64,000 nt of DNA. It comes from Candidatus Thermofontivivens primus (GTDB taxonomy: Bacteria; Sysuimicrobiota; Sysuimicrobiia; Sysuimicrobiales; Thermofontiviventaceae). The DNA is taken from NCBI GenBank assembly GCA_031458695.1, contig JAVKJW010000002.1:96001-160000 (forward strand). Direction: 5' to 3'. Numbering within the stretch: position 1 is the first letter of the stretch; each line of letters opens with the position of its first letter. The notes under the pieces were generated by a model. That model was not told the origin of the DNA, searched no databases, and saw nothing but the letters and a program-made list of their open reading frames with translations. The position numbers and the translations under genes were made by a program. Below are positions 50,333 through 59,678 of the stretch, piece after piece.

Positions 50333-51289
50333 ATGTACGCTATCGAAACCCGCAATTTAACCAAGCGATTTGGCGACCTTATCGCTGTCCACCATCTCAA
50401 CTTGGCGGTGGAGGAAGGGACTATCTTCGGCCTCGTCGGCCCCGATGGAGCTGGGAAGACGACGACCATCCGTCTCCTGGCAACGGTTCTTGAGCCCACG
50501 GAGGGGATGGCCAGGATCTGCGGGAGAGACGTCCGTACCTCCCCGGAGGAGGTCAAATCCCTCATCGGGTATATGCCCCAGGAATTCAGCATCTACGCGG
50601 ATCTGACGGTCGCGGAGAACCTTCATTTCTTCGGGGAGATCTACCATGTCCCCCGGCGCGAGCTCATCCCTCGGCTTGATGAACTCCTCTCGATGACGAG
50701 GCTTGCGCCATTTGTCCATCGTCTCGCTATGCACCTCTCCGGCGGGATGCAGAAAAAACTTGCCCTGGCCTGCTCGCTCATTCATCGCCCTCGCGTCCTG
50801 CTCCTCGATGAGCCCACCACGGGGGTGGATCCGATCTCTCGGAGGGAGTTGTGGCGGATCCTCTACGACCTTGCCAGGAGCGGGGTCACGATCCTTATTT
50901 CCACCTCTTACCTGGACGAGGCAGAGCGGTGTTCAGCCGTCGGCCTCCTCTACCGAGGGCATCTTATCAGGAGCGGCTCTCCCGCTGAGGTGAAAGGAGG
51001 ATTGGAGGGGGAGGTCGTGGAGATGATCGCAGAGCCGCGCCGGGAGGCCAGGAGGCTGGTGGAGCAAAGGCCAGAAGTTCATAGCGTGAGGCAGGTAGGG
51101 GAACGTCTTCGCCTGATCCTCCCAGACGCCCGCAAGGCTATCCCTGCTCTCTCCAGCTGGCTTCGCTCCCAAGGGATAGAGCTGATCGAGGTACACCCGG
51201 TGGAACCTTCTTTGGAGGACCTCTTTGCATCGTTGATCCAAAGCGATTCCCTACGCCAGCAAACGGGAGAAGCGTTCTTCCAGGGGTGA
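50333..51289 (+). CDS. ABC transporter ATP-binding protein
   Basis: GPDGAGKTT, LSGGM, LLLDEPT. Confidence 0.95.
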   Translation: MYAIETRNLTKRFGDLIAVHHLNLAVEEGTIFGLVGPDGAGKTTTIRLLATVLEPTEGMARICGRDVRTSPEEVKSLIGYMPQEFSIYADLTVAENLHFFGEIYHVPRRELIPRLDELLSMTRLAPFVHRLAMHLSGGMQKKLALACSLIHRPRVLLLDEPTTGVDPISRRELWRILYDLARSGVTILISTSYLDEAERCSAVGLLYRGHLIRSGSPAEVKGGLEGEVVEMIAEPRREARRLVEQRPEVHSVRQVGERLRLILPDARKAIPALSSWLRSQGIELIEVHPVEPSLEDLFASLIQSDSLRQQTGEAFFQG

Positions 51290-52236
51290 AGATGGGAATG
51301 CGGGCAGATGACGTTGCGGTCCTCGCCCATGGGCTCACAAAACGATTTGGGGACTTCGTAGCCGTGGATCACATCTCCTTTGAAATCCGCCGCGGCCAGA
51401 TCTTCGGCTTCCTTGGCCCCAACGGCGCAGGGAAGTCCACAACCATCCGCATGCTCTGTGGCGTCCTCGCGCCCTCAGAGGGAGAAGCACGAGTCCTAGG
51501 TCACAACGTAGCTACCGAGGCCGAACAGGTCAAGCGGCGGATCGGGTATATGACCCAGAGGTCCAGCCTGTACGCCGATCTCACTGTGGAAGAGTGCCTG
51601 CACTTCTATGCGCGCCTCTACGGCCTCCCTCCACGAGAGCGCCGCCAGAAAGTCAGAGGCTGGCTGGAGCGATCTGGCCTTGCAGGGATGGGGCGCGAGC
51701 TGGTGGCGAACCTGAGCGGGGGCTGGCGCCAGCGCCTTGCTTTAGGGTGCGCCATCCTTCACCATCCGGAGGTCCTCTTTTTGGATGAGCCGACGGCAGG
51801 AACGGATCCCATCTCTCGCCGGGAATTCTGGGACCTGTTCTATCGCTTCGCAGAGGAGGGGACAACGATCCTGGTCACGACCCATTACATGGATGAAGCG
51901 GAGTATTGCGATGTTCTGGCGTTCATGTTCAACGGGCGGATCATCGCCTTCGGCACCCCCAAAGAGATCAAGGAGTTCATGAGCGGCCGGCTTTTGCGGG
52001 TGCAGACCCACCAGTGGATGCAGGCGTTGACCCTCCTGAAGCAGTGCCCTGGAGTGCGTGATGCTTCGCTCCATGGCGCGGCTGTGCACGTGGTGGTAGA
52101 TGATGCGGAAACTGCCATGCGGGAGATCCCTTCTTTCTTGGAACAGGCAGGCGTGGCGGTCCAGAAGATCGAGCCAGTCCTCCCCACACTGGAGGATGTC
52201 TTCGTCTCCCTCGCCGAGGAGGAAGCACGCCGATGA
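51286..52236 (+). CDS. ABC transporter ATP-binding protein
   Basis: GPNGAGKST, LSGGW, LFLDEPT, TTHYMDEAE. Confidence 0.95.
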   Translation: MKMGMRADDVAVLAHGLTKRFGDFVAVDHISFEIRRGQIFGFLGPNGAGKSTTIRMLCGVLAPSEGEARVLGHNVATEAEQVKRRIGYMTQRSSLYADLTVEECLHFYARLYGLPPRERRQKVRGWLERSGLAGMGRELVANLSGGWRQRLALGCAILHHPEVLFLDEPTAGTDPISRREFWDLFYRFAEEGTTILVTTHYMDEAEYCDVLAFMFNGRIIAFGTPKEIKEFMSGRLLRVQTHQWMQALTLLKQCPGVRDASLHGAAVHVVVDDAETAMREIPSFLEQAGVAVQKIEPVLPTLEDVFVSLAEEEARR

Positions 52237-53360
52237 CGCGGCGACTCGCTGCCATCGTCTTAAAGGAGTTCATCCAGCTTGTGCGCGACAGGCGTACGCT
52301 GGCCATGGCTATTCTGATGCCGGTGATCCAGCTCTTCCTCTTTGGGTACGCGATCACCACCGATGTCAAGCACCTCCCCACCGCCGTCCTGGACCTTTCC
52401 AAGAGCCCCGAGAGCCGCAGGCTCCTGGAAGCCTTCACCAACACCCAGTACTACGATGTGCGTTTTTTCGTAAGGGATATCGGCGAGATCGAGCGCCTCA
52501 TCAACAGCGGGAGAGCCAGGGTAGGGATTGTCATCCCGCCCGATTACGCCCGCCGCATCTCCAAGGGAGATCAGGTGACGGTCCAGGTCATCGTGGACGC
52601 CTCTGACCCCATGGTCGCGAGGAGCGCCATCACCACCGCCAGAACCCTTGGACAATTGCGTTCCTTCGAGGCGATCATCGCCCAGATCCCCCAGTTGGGG
52701 AGTTCTGGAGAAGAGCTACCTTTTGATGTCCGGGTGAGGGCCTGGTACAACCCTGACCTCCGGAGCGTCAACTTCATGGTTCCAGGTCTGTTGGCCGTGG
52801 TCCTCCAACTCCTCACCATGTTGCTCACAGCCATGGCCATTGTCCGGGAGAGGGAGCTGGGGACGCTCGAACAGCTCGTCGTCACGCCCATCACGAAGAC
52901 AGAGCTCATGCTCGGGAAGATTCTTCCCTACGTGGCGCTGGGGTACGTGGACATCACCCTTGCCCTCCTCGTGAGCTCTTTCTGGTTCAGAGTGCCGGTG
53001 AGGGGAAGCGTGCTTCTCCTCTACGTGGTCACCCTCTCCTTTTACCTAAGTACCCTCGGCATGGGGATCCTCATCTCCACCCTCTCTCGGAACCAGCGCC
53101 AAGCCATGCAGGGGGCGTTCTTCATTGTATTTCCCTCTTTCCTGATCTCGGGATTCCTCTTCCCCCGGGAGGGAATGCCCCTCTTGCTTCAGTGGTTGAG
53201 TTACCTTCTCCCCCTGACCTACTTCCTCATCATTGTCAGAGGGATCATCTTGAAGGGGATTGGCCTCTCCTACCTATGGCCCCAGGTTTTGCCGATGACG
53301 ATCCTTGGACTGCTGTTCTTCGTTGCCAGCGTCATCCGTTTTCAAAAGCGCCTCGAGTGA
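52233..53360 (+). CDS. ABC-2 type permease (YbhS/R-like)
   Basis: KEFIQLVRD, WYNPDL, VRERELGTLEQL. Confidence 0.93.
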   Translation: MTRRLAAIVLKEFIQLVRDRRTLAMAILMPVIQLFLFGYAITTDVKHLPTAVLDLSKSPESRRLLEAFTNTQYYDVRFFVRDIGEIERLINSGRARVGIVIPPDYARRISKGDQVTVQVIVDASDPMVARSAITTARTLGQLRSFEAIIAQIPQLGSSGEELPFDVRVRAWYNPDLRSVNFMVPGLLAVVLQLLTMLLTAMAIVRERELGTLEQLVVTPITKTELMLGKILPYVALGYVDITLALLVSSFWFRVPVRGSVLLLYVVTLSFYLSTLGMGILISTLSRNQRQAMQGAFFIVFPSFLISGFLFPREGMPLLLQWLSYLLPLTYFLIIVRGIILKGIGLSYLWPQVLPMTILGLLFFVASVIRFQKRLE

Positions 53361-53411
53361 CCCGACGGCGCAAGAGGCACCGCGACCCGATCAGAGGGTT
53401 CCAGGGGGGCG

Positions 53412-53924
53412 ATGGCGAAAGATCCACCCATGGTCTGTTCCATTGACCCGCAGGAGTTCCGGCGCGTGCTGGGTTATTTTGCCACGGGCGTCGCTATCGT
53501 GACGACAAGGCTTGGGGAAGATCTCCATGGGATCACGGTGAATAGCTTCGCTTCTGTCTCCCTGGACCCGCCGTTCGTGCTCATCTGCATCGACCGGAGC
53601 GCCCGCGCGCACTCCTATCTTACCCAAAGCGGGGTCTTCGCCGTGAACATCCTCAGGCGAGACCAGGAGGACCTCTCCCGGTACTTCGCCGACCCATCCC
53701 GGCCAGAAGGGAAGGTGGGGTTCCAAGGGATCCCGTATACAGAAAAGGTAACCGGGTCTCCCATCTTCGAAGGTTGCTTAGCGTTCCTGGACTGTCGGAT
53801 TGTGGCCACCTATCCCGGTGGAGATCACACGATCTTCCTTGGGCAGGTGGAGGCTTTGGGCGTCCTTCAAGAGGGCGACCCACTTCTCTTCTATCGGAGC
53901 CAGTACCGGTCGTTAGGACGTTGA
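53412..53924 (+). CDS. Flavin reductase family protein
   Basis: FATGV, SVSLDPP, GGDHTIF. Confidence 0.93.
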   Translation: MAKDPPMVCSIDPQEFRRVLGYFATGVAIVTTRLGEDLHGITVNSFASVSLDPPFVLICIDRSARAHSYLTQSGVFAVNILRRDQEDLSRYFADPSRPEGKVGFQGIPYTEKVTGSPIFEGCLAFLDCRIVATYPGGDHTIFLGQVEALGVLQEGDPLLFYRSQYRSLGR

Positions 53925-54000
53925 AAGAATGTGTACAGGTTCAATCTGCAAACTTGGAACCTTCGACCTTGCAACCCGCCAACCTGGAACCTACCAACTT
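53920..54000. repeat. 7/8-bp tandem array, same family as 50241-50313
   Basis: AATCTGCA AACTTGG AACCTTCG ACCTTGC AACCCGCC AACCTGG AACCTACC AACTT. Confidence 0.8.
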
Positions 54001-54008
54001 AGATCGGG

Positions 54009-54698
54009 ATGACGATGGATTCGAAAGCAAGGGTGCCTTCATGGCCTAAACTTCACGCGATCCTGTTTGATTGGGATGGAACCCTCCTGGATTCCTACGA
54101 ATCCCACCTCCGCGTCTATCGACGAGTCCTTGCCCATTTCGGGATGACCCTCGACGAGCAGGACTACATCCGTCATTACTCCCCCAACTGGTATACCTTC
54201 TACGAGCGACTGGGGCTGCACCCCCGGTGGTGGGAGAAGGCCGACCGCTTGTGGCTTCAGTACAACGCTGCGGAGAGACCCCCGTTGAGGCGAAACGCTC
54301 GGTTTATCTTGGAACAGTTACAGATCCGGGGCTTCCTCCTTGGCCTGGTCACGGCAGGGGACCGCAGGAGGGTTCTCCAGGACCTCCGGCGCTTGGACCT
54401 TCGAGGATCTTTCCAAGTGGTCGTGTGTGGAGGGGATGTGAAGGTGCGCAAGCCAGACCCGGGCCCATTGCTCCACGCCCTCGCGCAGCTTGACGTCGCT
54501 CCCTCCCACGCCGCCTATGTCGGGGATACTCCAGAAGACGTGGAGATGGGGAAGCGTGCAGGAGTCTTCACTGTCGCCGTCCTGGGTGGGTTCGGCCTGA
54601 GGGAATCCCTTGAGGCAGTTTCCCCCGACCTCCTCATCCCCTCACTCGAGGAGCTTTTGAAGGTTTTTGAAGCCACGCCCCCACCCACCGGGAGTTGA
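54009..54698 (+). CDS. HAD family hydrolase
   Basis: FDWDGTL, KPDP, YVGD...D. Confidence 0.92.
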   Translation: MTMDSKARVPSWPKLHAILFDWDGTLLDSYESHLRVYRRVLAHFGMTLDEQDYIRHYSPNWYTFYERLGLHPRWWEKADRLWLQYNAAERPPLRRNARFILEQLQIRGFLLGLVTAGDRRRVLQDLRRLDLRGSFQVVVCGGDVKVRKPDPGPLLHALAQLDVAPSHAAYVGDTPEDVEMGKRAGVFTVAVLGGFGLRESLEAVSPDLLIPSLEELLKVFEATPPPTGS

Positions 54699-54722
54699 CA
54701 GGCATTCCGATGGTGCTATAAT
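54695..54722 (+). promoter_or_regulatory. tRNA promoter
   Basis: TTGACA-N16-TATAAT. Confidence 0.85.
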
Positions 54723-54734
54723 TACGCGTGGCGA

Positions 54735-54811
<77 letters not shown>

Positions 54812-54818
54812 GCTTGCC

Positions 54819-54853
54819 AAGGAGGCGCGGTTTCCCCCCTTCCGCGCCTCCTT
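54819..54853 (+). terminator. Hairpin after tRNA
   Basis: AAGGAGGCGCGG...CCGCGCCTCCTT. Confidence 0.7.
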
Positions 54854-54919
54854 CCGTTATTTCAAGAGGAGGCCCCCGGCAAAAGTCAAAAGATTTTTGC
54901 AGGCGGTACGTGCAAGGGG

Positions 54920-56113
54920 ATGGATTTCGGGGGAGGGGATGCTGTGGAGTCGCAACAGTCGATCGACCGTTTGCTCGCAGCGGTGGAGAAGGAACTCTCC
55001 TGGATGAACCGTCATATCCCCCTCACAACAACCATTGCAGAGGAGGTGGCGTCGCGCGACCTTTCGGGCATTACCCTCTGCCTTAACATCCATCTCGATG
55101 TAAAGATCATCCCTGTCCTCGCGGCCCTGCTTTCGGCCCGGGCGCGCCTCCTGGTGCTTGGCTGCAACCCGCAGACGACCCGCGATGGTGTGGTCGCCTA
55201 CCTCAAGAGGCTCGGCGCGGAGGTCTATGCGTGGAAGGGGATGCCCGAGGCGGAGCGGTTGAAGGCAATGGACCAGGTCATCGACGAGGGGTTCGAGTTT
55301 GTCAGCGAGATGGGCGCAGATCTCACCGTCCACCTCCTCAAGTCCAGGCCTGAGGCAGCCTTCCGCGTCAGGGCAGGGATGGAGGCTACGGGAACGGGGA
55401 TCCTGAGGCTTCGGGATCTCCACCTTCCCTTCCCCGTGTTCAACTGGGACGACGTTGCGCTCAAGGAAGGCTTTCACAACCGGTATCTCGTCGGTCTCAC
55501 GGTGTGGAATACCTTCCTCAACGTGACCCACCTCTCCCTGTTCGGCCGGCGGGTGCTGGTCGTTGGGTACGGGCCCGTTGGGCAGGGGATCGCCAGGTAT
55601 GCCGGGATGCTGGGCGCCCGGATCTATGTGTGCGACCTCGATCCTGTGCGGCAGCTAGAGGCAGTCCACGCAGGCTTCGATGTTGTCGACCTGGAGGAGG
55701 GACTCCCCAAGGCTCAAGTCGTTGTCACTGCGACAGGACGGGAGGGGGTTATTGGCAAACGGCACTTTGATCTGCTTGCCGATGAGTGCATCTTGCTCAA
55801 CGCCGGTCACTCCAACAGGGAGATCGACGTCGACGCCCTCCTCCGCTTTCCTACAGAGGAAATCCGCCCTTTTATTGAGGCCATCCGCCTTGGAGAGCGT
55901 ACGATCTACCTCCTCGCCCGGGGAGCCATGTTCAACCTTGCCGCTGGCCCAGGGGACTACTTTGACGCGTTCGACCTCACTGCGAGCTTGATGCTCGCGG
56001 GGATCCTCTTCCTGGTGGAACGCGGGCCAACCTTCCCGCCCGGGATCCATCTCCTCCCCCCTGAGGTGGAGCGGAAGGTCGCCTCCCTGGCGGCCCGGCA
56101 GTACATGCCCTAA
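54920..56113 (+). CDS. Divergent adenosylhomocysteinase-like NAD-binding protein
   Basis: NIHLDVK, CNPQTT, GYGPVGQG, VTATG, NAGHSNREID, MFNLAAG; several catalytic positions altered; start could be 54944. Confidence 0.8.
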   Translation: MDFGGGDAVESQQSIDRLLAAVEKELSWMNRHIPLTTTIAEEVASRDLSGITLCLNIHLDVKIIPVLAALLSARARLLVLGCNPQTTRDGVVAYLKRLGAEVYAWKGMPEAERLKAMDQVIDEGFEFVSEMGADLTVHLLKSRPEAAFRVRAGMEATGTGILRLRDLHLPFPVFNWDDVALKEGFHNRYLVGLTVWNTFLNVTHLSLFGRRVLVVGYGPVGQGIARYAGMLGARIYVCDLDPVRQLEAVHAGFDVVDLEEGLPKAQVVVTATGREGVIGKRHFDLLADECILLNAGHSNREIDVDALLRFPTEEIRPFIEAIRLGERTIYLLARGAMFNLAAGPGDYFDAFDLTASLMLAGILFLVERGPTFPPGIHLLPPEVERKVASLAARQYMP

Positions 56114-56156
56114 ACCACCTTCTGGGCCGTCCACCTTCGGGATGGATTTCCTCGGG

Positions 56157-56184
56157 TTCAATACACTACGGAGTAGGGTATACT
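56157..56184 (+). promoter_or_regulatory. Putative promoter/operator of dsrE-tusA-sqr operon
   Basis: TTCAAT-N16-TATACT; near-palindrome ATACACTAC-GGA-GTAGGGTAT. Confidence 0.55.
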
Positions 56185-56312
56185 CTCCTCACCCGATGTG
56201 CACTCGGGTCGTTGCCTTGTGCGAATCAGGGGTGGAACCGATTGTGGCCCATCGGCCCTCCCCCTATCTTTGACTTGGGTATCCAACGAGGAACGCAAGG
56301 AGGGAGGCTGCA

Positions 56313-56735
56313 ATGGCAGAGCGGATTTCCATGATCGTGTTCTCAGGGACGGTGGACAAGCTTTTCCCCGTGGCGATCCTTACCTCGGGCGCTGTCGCCA
56401 TGGAACAGGAGGTGGATATCTTCCTCACCTTCTGGGGCCTGATGGCCTTCCGCAAGGGGCAGCCCCAGGCCAATAGGAAGATCAGCAAGGACTTCGAGGA
56501 GGAAGGAAAGGCCATGATGGCCCTGATCCAGGAGAAGAACGTTCCTTCCTGGTACGAGACCCTGAAGAAGGCTAAGGAGATGGGGAATGGCAAGGTGCGC
56601 ATCCATGCCTGCGCCATGACAATGGACCTCCTCGGGCTGAAGAAGGAAGATCTCGACGAGATCGTGGACGATGTGGTGGGGGTCGGCGAGTTCGTCGAGG
56701 AGGCGCAGAAAGGCAAGGTTACCCTGTTCATCTGA
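56313..56735 (+). CDS. DsrE/DsrF/DrsH-like protein
   Basis: FSGTVDK, FLTFWGL, HACAMTMDL, VVGVGEF...LFI. Confidence 0.9.
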   Translation: MAERISMIVFSGTVDKLFPVAILTSGAVAMEQEVDIFLTFWGLMAFRKGQPQANRKISKDFEEEGKAMMALIQEKNVPSWYETLKKAKEMGNGKVRIHACAMTMDLLGLKKEDLDEIVDDVVGVGEFVEEAQKGKVTLFI

Positions 56736-56798
56736 AGGGTTGGCAAACACGAAAAATCTACCGGGTACGGAAACGGACGGGAGTGGGAGGTGTTGGAG

Positions 56799-57041
56799 AT
56801 GAGTGTAGAGCTCAAGGTGGATCGAACGATTGATGCGAGGGGGAGCTTCTGCCCGGGCCCTCTCATGGAGCTGATCCGGGCCATTCGGGAGGCCCAGGTG
56901 GGAGAGGTCATTGAGGTGCTTTCCAGCGATTCTGGGTCTAAGAGGGATATTCCCAAGTGGTGCCAGAAGGCAGGGCACGAGTTGCTCGCCGTGATTGACG
57001 ACGAGGGATTTGCCCACTTCGTCGTCCGCAAGAGCCGGTGA
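56799..57041 (+). CDS. Sulfurtransferase TusA family protein
   Basis: DARGSFCPGP, SSDSGSKRDIPKWC. Confidence 0.92.
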   Translation: MSVELKVDRTIDARGSFCPGPLMELIRAIREAQVGEVIEVLSSDSGSKRDIPKWCQKAGHELLAVIDDEGFAHFVVRKSR

Positions 57042-57106
57042 TTGGACGACCCGTTGGACCCCGTCGATCCGGTGGACAGGGGTGAGGAACGGTAGGTGAT
57101 GCGAAG

Positions 57107-58225
57107 ATGAAGCGCCGCGTGGTCATTGTGGGAGGCGGGACGGGAGGTACCGTTGTGGCCAACCTTCTGGCGAGGGGGGACCCAGATCTCGAGGTGACGA
57201 TGGTCTCAAGCGATGCCTTCCACTTCTACCAGCCTGGCCTCCTTTACGTTCCCTTCGGTTGGGTGAGGCCTGAAGCACTCCTGCGACCCCAGAGGTCCCT
57301 CCTGCACCCGAGGGTCCAGTTTATCCAAGGGACAGTACGTTCCGTGGACCCTGGAAGAAAGAGTGTGGATCTCGGGGAGCGGGTCCTGAGCGCCGATACA
57401 CTCGTCCTCGCCACAGGCGCCCGTCTTGCTCCTGAGGATGTTCCAGGCCTGGAGGGCGCACACCACTTTTATACCCCTGAGGCTGCCCTGCGCCTGGGGA
57501 AGGCACTAGAGGAGTTCCGCGGCGGCCATATCGTCGTCGGTGTGGCAGGCGTCCCCTATAAGTGCCCCCCTGCTCCTCTGGAATTCACGCTCTTGCTAGA
57601 GTGGGTCCTACGCCAGACGGGGCGGAGAAAGGCTACCCGCATCACCTATATCTCCCCGCTCCCCAGGGCCTTCCCGATCGAATCTGTTGCAGATGTCGTG
57701 GAACCGATCATGGAGCATCGTGGCATTGAGCTCGTACCATTCTTCAACGTTGAGCAAGTAGATCCCGGCCGCCGTGTGGTGACTTCGCTAGAGGGAGAGG
57801 AGATCGGCTATGACCTCCTCGTGCTCATCCCGCCGCACCGCGGGACAGTCCCTGTCACGGTGGATGGGATCGCGGATCGGGGTGGCTGGATCCGCACGGA
57901 CCGGGAGACGCTTGAGGTCAAGGGATACGAAGGGGTATTCGCCGTTGGCGACGCCACAGACCTCCCCGTGAGCAAGAGCGGTTCGGCTGCGCACTACCAA
58001 GCGCAGACAGTGGCCCGACGCATCCTCTCGTCTTCCAACGGGGCCATCCCACGGTACACAGGAAAGGTCATGTGCTTCCTGGAGACCGGGGAGAACCGGG
58101 CCACCTTGCTGAGGTTCGACTACAACCACCCGCCCAGGCCGGCGGCACCGAACCTCGTGGCGTTCACCCTGAAGCGGTTGTTCAACCGTGTGTACTGGTA
58201 CTTGGTTCCCACCGGCCGTGTGTGA
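57107..58225 (+). CDS. Sulfide:quinone oxidoreductase-like flavoprotein (short form)
   Basis: GGGTGG, YQPG, YKCPPAPLE, PPHRG, GDAT, SKSGS, VMCF. Confidence 0.85.
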   Translation: MKRRVVIVGGGTGGTVVANLLARGDPDLEVTMVSSDAFHFYQPGLLYVPFGWVRPEALLRPQRSLLHPRVQFIQGTVRSVDPGRKSVDLGERVLSADTLVLATGARLAPEDVPGLEGAHHFYTPEAALRLGKALEEFRGGHIVVGVAGVPYKCPPAPLEFTLLLEWVLRQTGRRKATRITYISPLPRAFPIESVADVVEPIMEHRGIELVPFFNVEQVDPGRRVVTSLEGEEIGYDLLVLIPPHRGTVPVTVDGIADRGGWIRTDRETLEVKGYEGVFAVGDATDLPVSKSGSAAHYQAQTVARRILSSSNGAIPRYTGKVMCFLETGENRATLLRFDYNHPPRPAAPNLVAFTLKRLFNRVYWYLVPTGRV

Positions 58226-58311
58226 GGACCCCGGCAAGACTCCTGTGATCCTCGCCGGGGGCTTTTGCCCTCAGAGGCTCATTGAGGAGAGACCAAGCTG
58301 GAGGTATGGAC

Positions 58312-58563
58312 ATGGAACACACAATCCGTTCTGAGCCGGAGACGTGGACCATTGACGCGACCGTTACCACCTGCGGCCCCTTCTGGGATCTACTCCGGGC
58401 CATGGACCTGTCCAAGCCCGGGGACCTCATCGAGATCCGGTGCGGTCAGGTGGAGGAGGTCCAAAAGTACGCCCCGATCCTCGTCAGGGCCGCTGGCGGA
58501 GAACTTGTTTCGCTCGAGGTAGAGGGAACCGTTGCCCGTCTCGTGATCCGGAAGGTCAAATAG
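58312..58563 (+). CDS. TusA-like protein (degenerate CPxP)
   Basis: IDATVTTCGP, PGDLIEI, LVIRK; GGAGG RBS. Confidence 0.65.
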   Translation: MEHTIRSEPETWTIDATVTTCGPFWDLLRAMDLSKPGDLIEIRCGQVEEVQKYAPILVRAAGGELVSLEVEGTVARLVIRKVK

Positions 58564-58564
58564 A

Positions 58565-58600
58565 AGAGGGGACAGCCCCTTTCAAGGGACCGTCCCCTCT
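58565..58600. terminator. Hairpin between convergent genes
   Basis: AGAGGGGAC...GTCCCCTCT. Confidence 0.6.
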
Positions 58601-58615
58601 CCACGAGAGATCTCG

Positions 58616-59221
58616 TCAGGCCGTTCGCGGTTCACCTCCTGCAGCGCGCCGTCCGTTCCTGAACACCTTCCCTGGCTTCCACGGAGTCCCCAGCATGGGG
58701 AGGAGCCAGCGGTCCAGCCCGTAATACCCAGCCACCTTCCAGGCTAGGATCAGCAGGACCTCCACAGTGAACAAAAGCGGGTTTGTACTGGCCGTCCCGG
58801 CCATCATGAAGTTCCAGTTCATGAACGCCCCAAAGAATGCTGCGATCCCCACAAAAGCTCCCAAGATCAGGGCGATCCCAACGAGGAGCTCGCCGTAGGC
58901 CACGAGCTTGGCAAACCAGGTATACGCCTGGATATCGAGAAGATACTGGATAAACGCCCGGTACCATCCGAATGCAATCGGTGGCCTCGCAGGCGGTGGT
59001 GGTACCTGGACTGCCCTCTCCCAAAATGCCTTCAGCGCCGTCCCGTTTCCGGTCCACGCTTCTACCCCGATCTTGTGGAGCGCTGCGTTGATCCATTGAT
59101 ATCCAAGCCACACCCGCAGGAGCGCCCACAGCCAGGCAAAGCGTGTTGTCTGGAACAGGGACCGCGCGAAGGGTGGGTCCTCATAGTACTCAACCATCCA
59201 ATCTTCCCTGCGTGCTTCCAT
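58616..59221 (-). CDS. DoxX family membrane protein (TQO DoxD-like)
   Basis: RVWLGYQW, WYRAF, YGELLVG, MAGTASTNP, YGLDRW. Confidence 0.88.
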   Translation of the reverse strand: MEARREDWMVEYYEDPPFARSLFQTTRFAWLWALLRVWLGYQWINAALHKIGVEAWTGNGTALKAFWERAVQVPPPPARPPIAFGWYRAFIQYLLDIQAYTWFAKLVAYGELLVGIALILGAFVGIAAFFGAFMNWNFMMAGTASTNPLLFTVEVLLILAWKVAGYYGLDRWLLPMLGTPWKPGKVFRNGRRAAGGEPRTA

Positions 59222-59678
59222 GGTTCCTCCCTCCTCTCCAGGTGGCCTCACCACCTGTTTATGATATTTTTTACTTTCCTTGCCATTTCCTGTCCGCCTC
59301 CAAGGATACTCGTCCATGAGGGTGAGAGGTATCGGATACCGATGGCATTTTTGCTCTGGTGCACACTGGAGGGAATCCCTCAGGCAGATGATGGAGAGAC
59401 GGGGCCGGTTCTTCCATCTTGGAACCGAGGGAAGAATACTCCAAGCCTCCTATTCTTTGGATCTTCCCGGTTCGATGGGGCAGAGAGGCTCCTCCCATTT
59501 CGAGAAGATTTCGCATTGCGCTTACCCTAGGAAGCGGAGAGATCCCCTGGGGCGAGAGGAGGATTCCCTTGAACCCCTTGGCTTCGGGATGGTAGGATAG
59601 GTTGTACAGGTACTCCACCTACGCTCCCTAGAACTCAGAAGAAGGACCAGGAATCACCGACGGAAGTGAGGTGCTGAG

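Noticed and set aside
50236..50493. Repetitive ORF MTTCNFPTCNLPTW
   Set aside because: Translation of the repeat array, with no SD, overlapping the ABC gene out of frame
59340..59670. SAM-I or cobalamin riboswitch before the methionine synthase
   Set aside because: Only scattered short matches; conserved core elements not found in order
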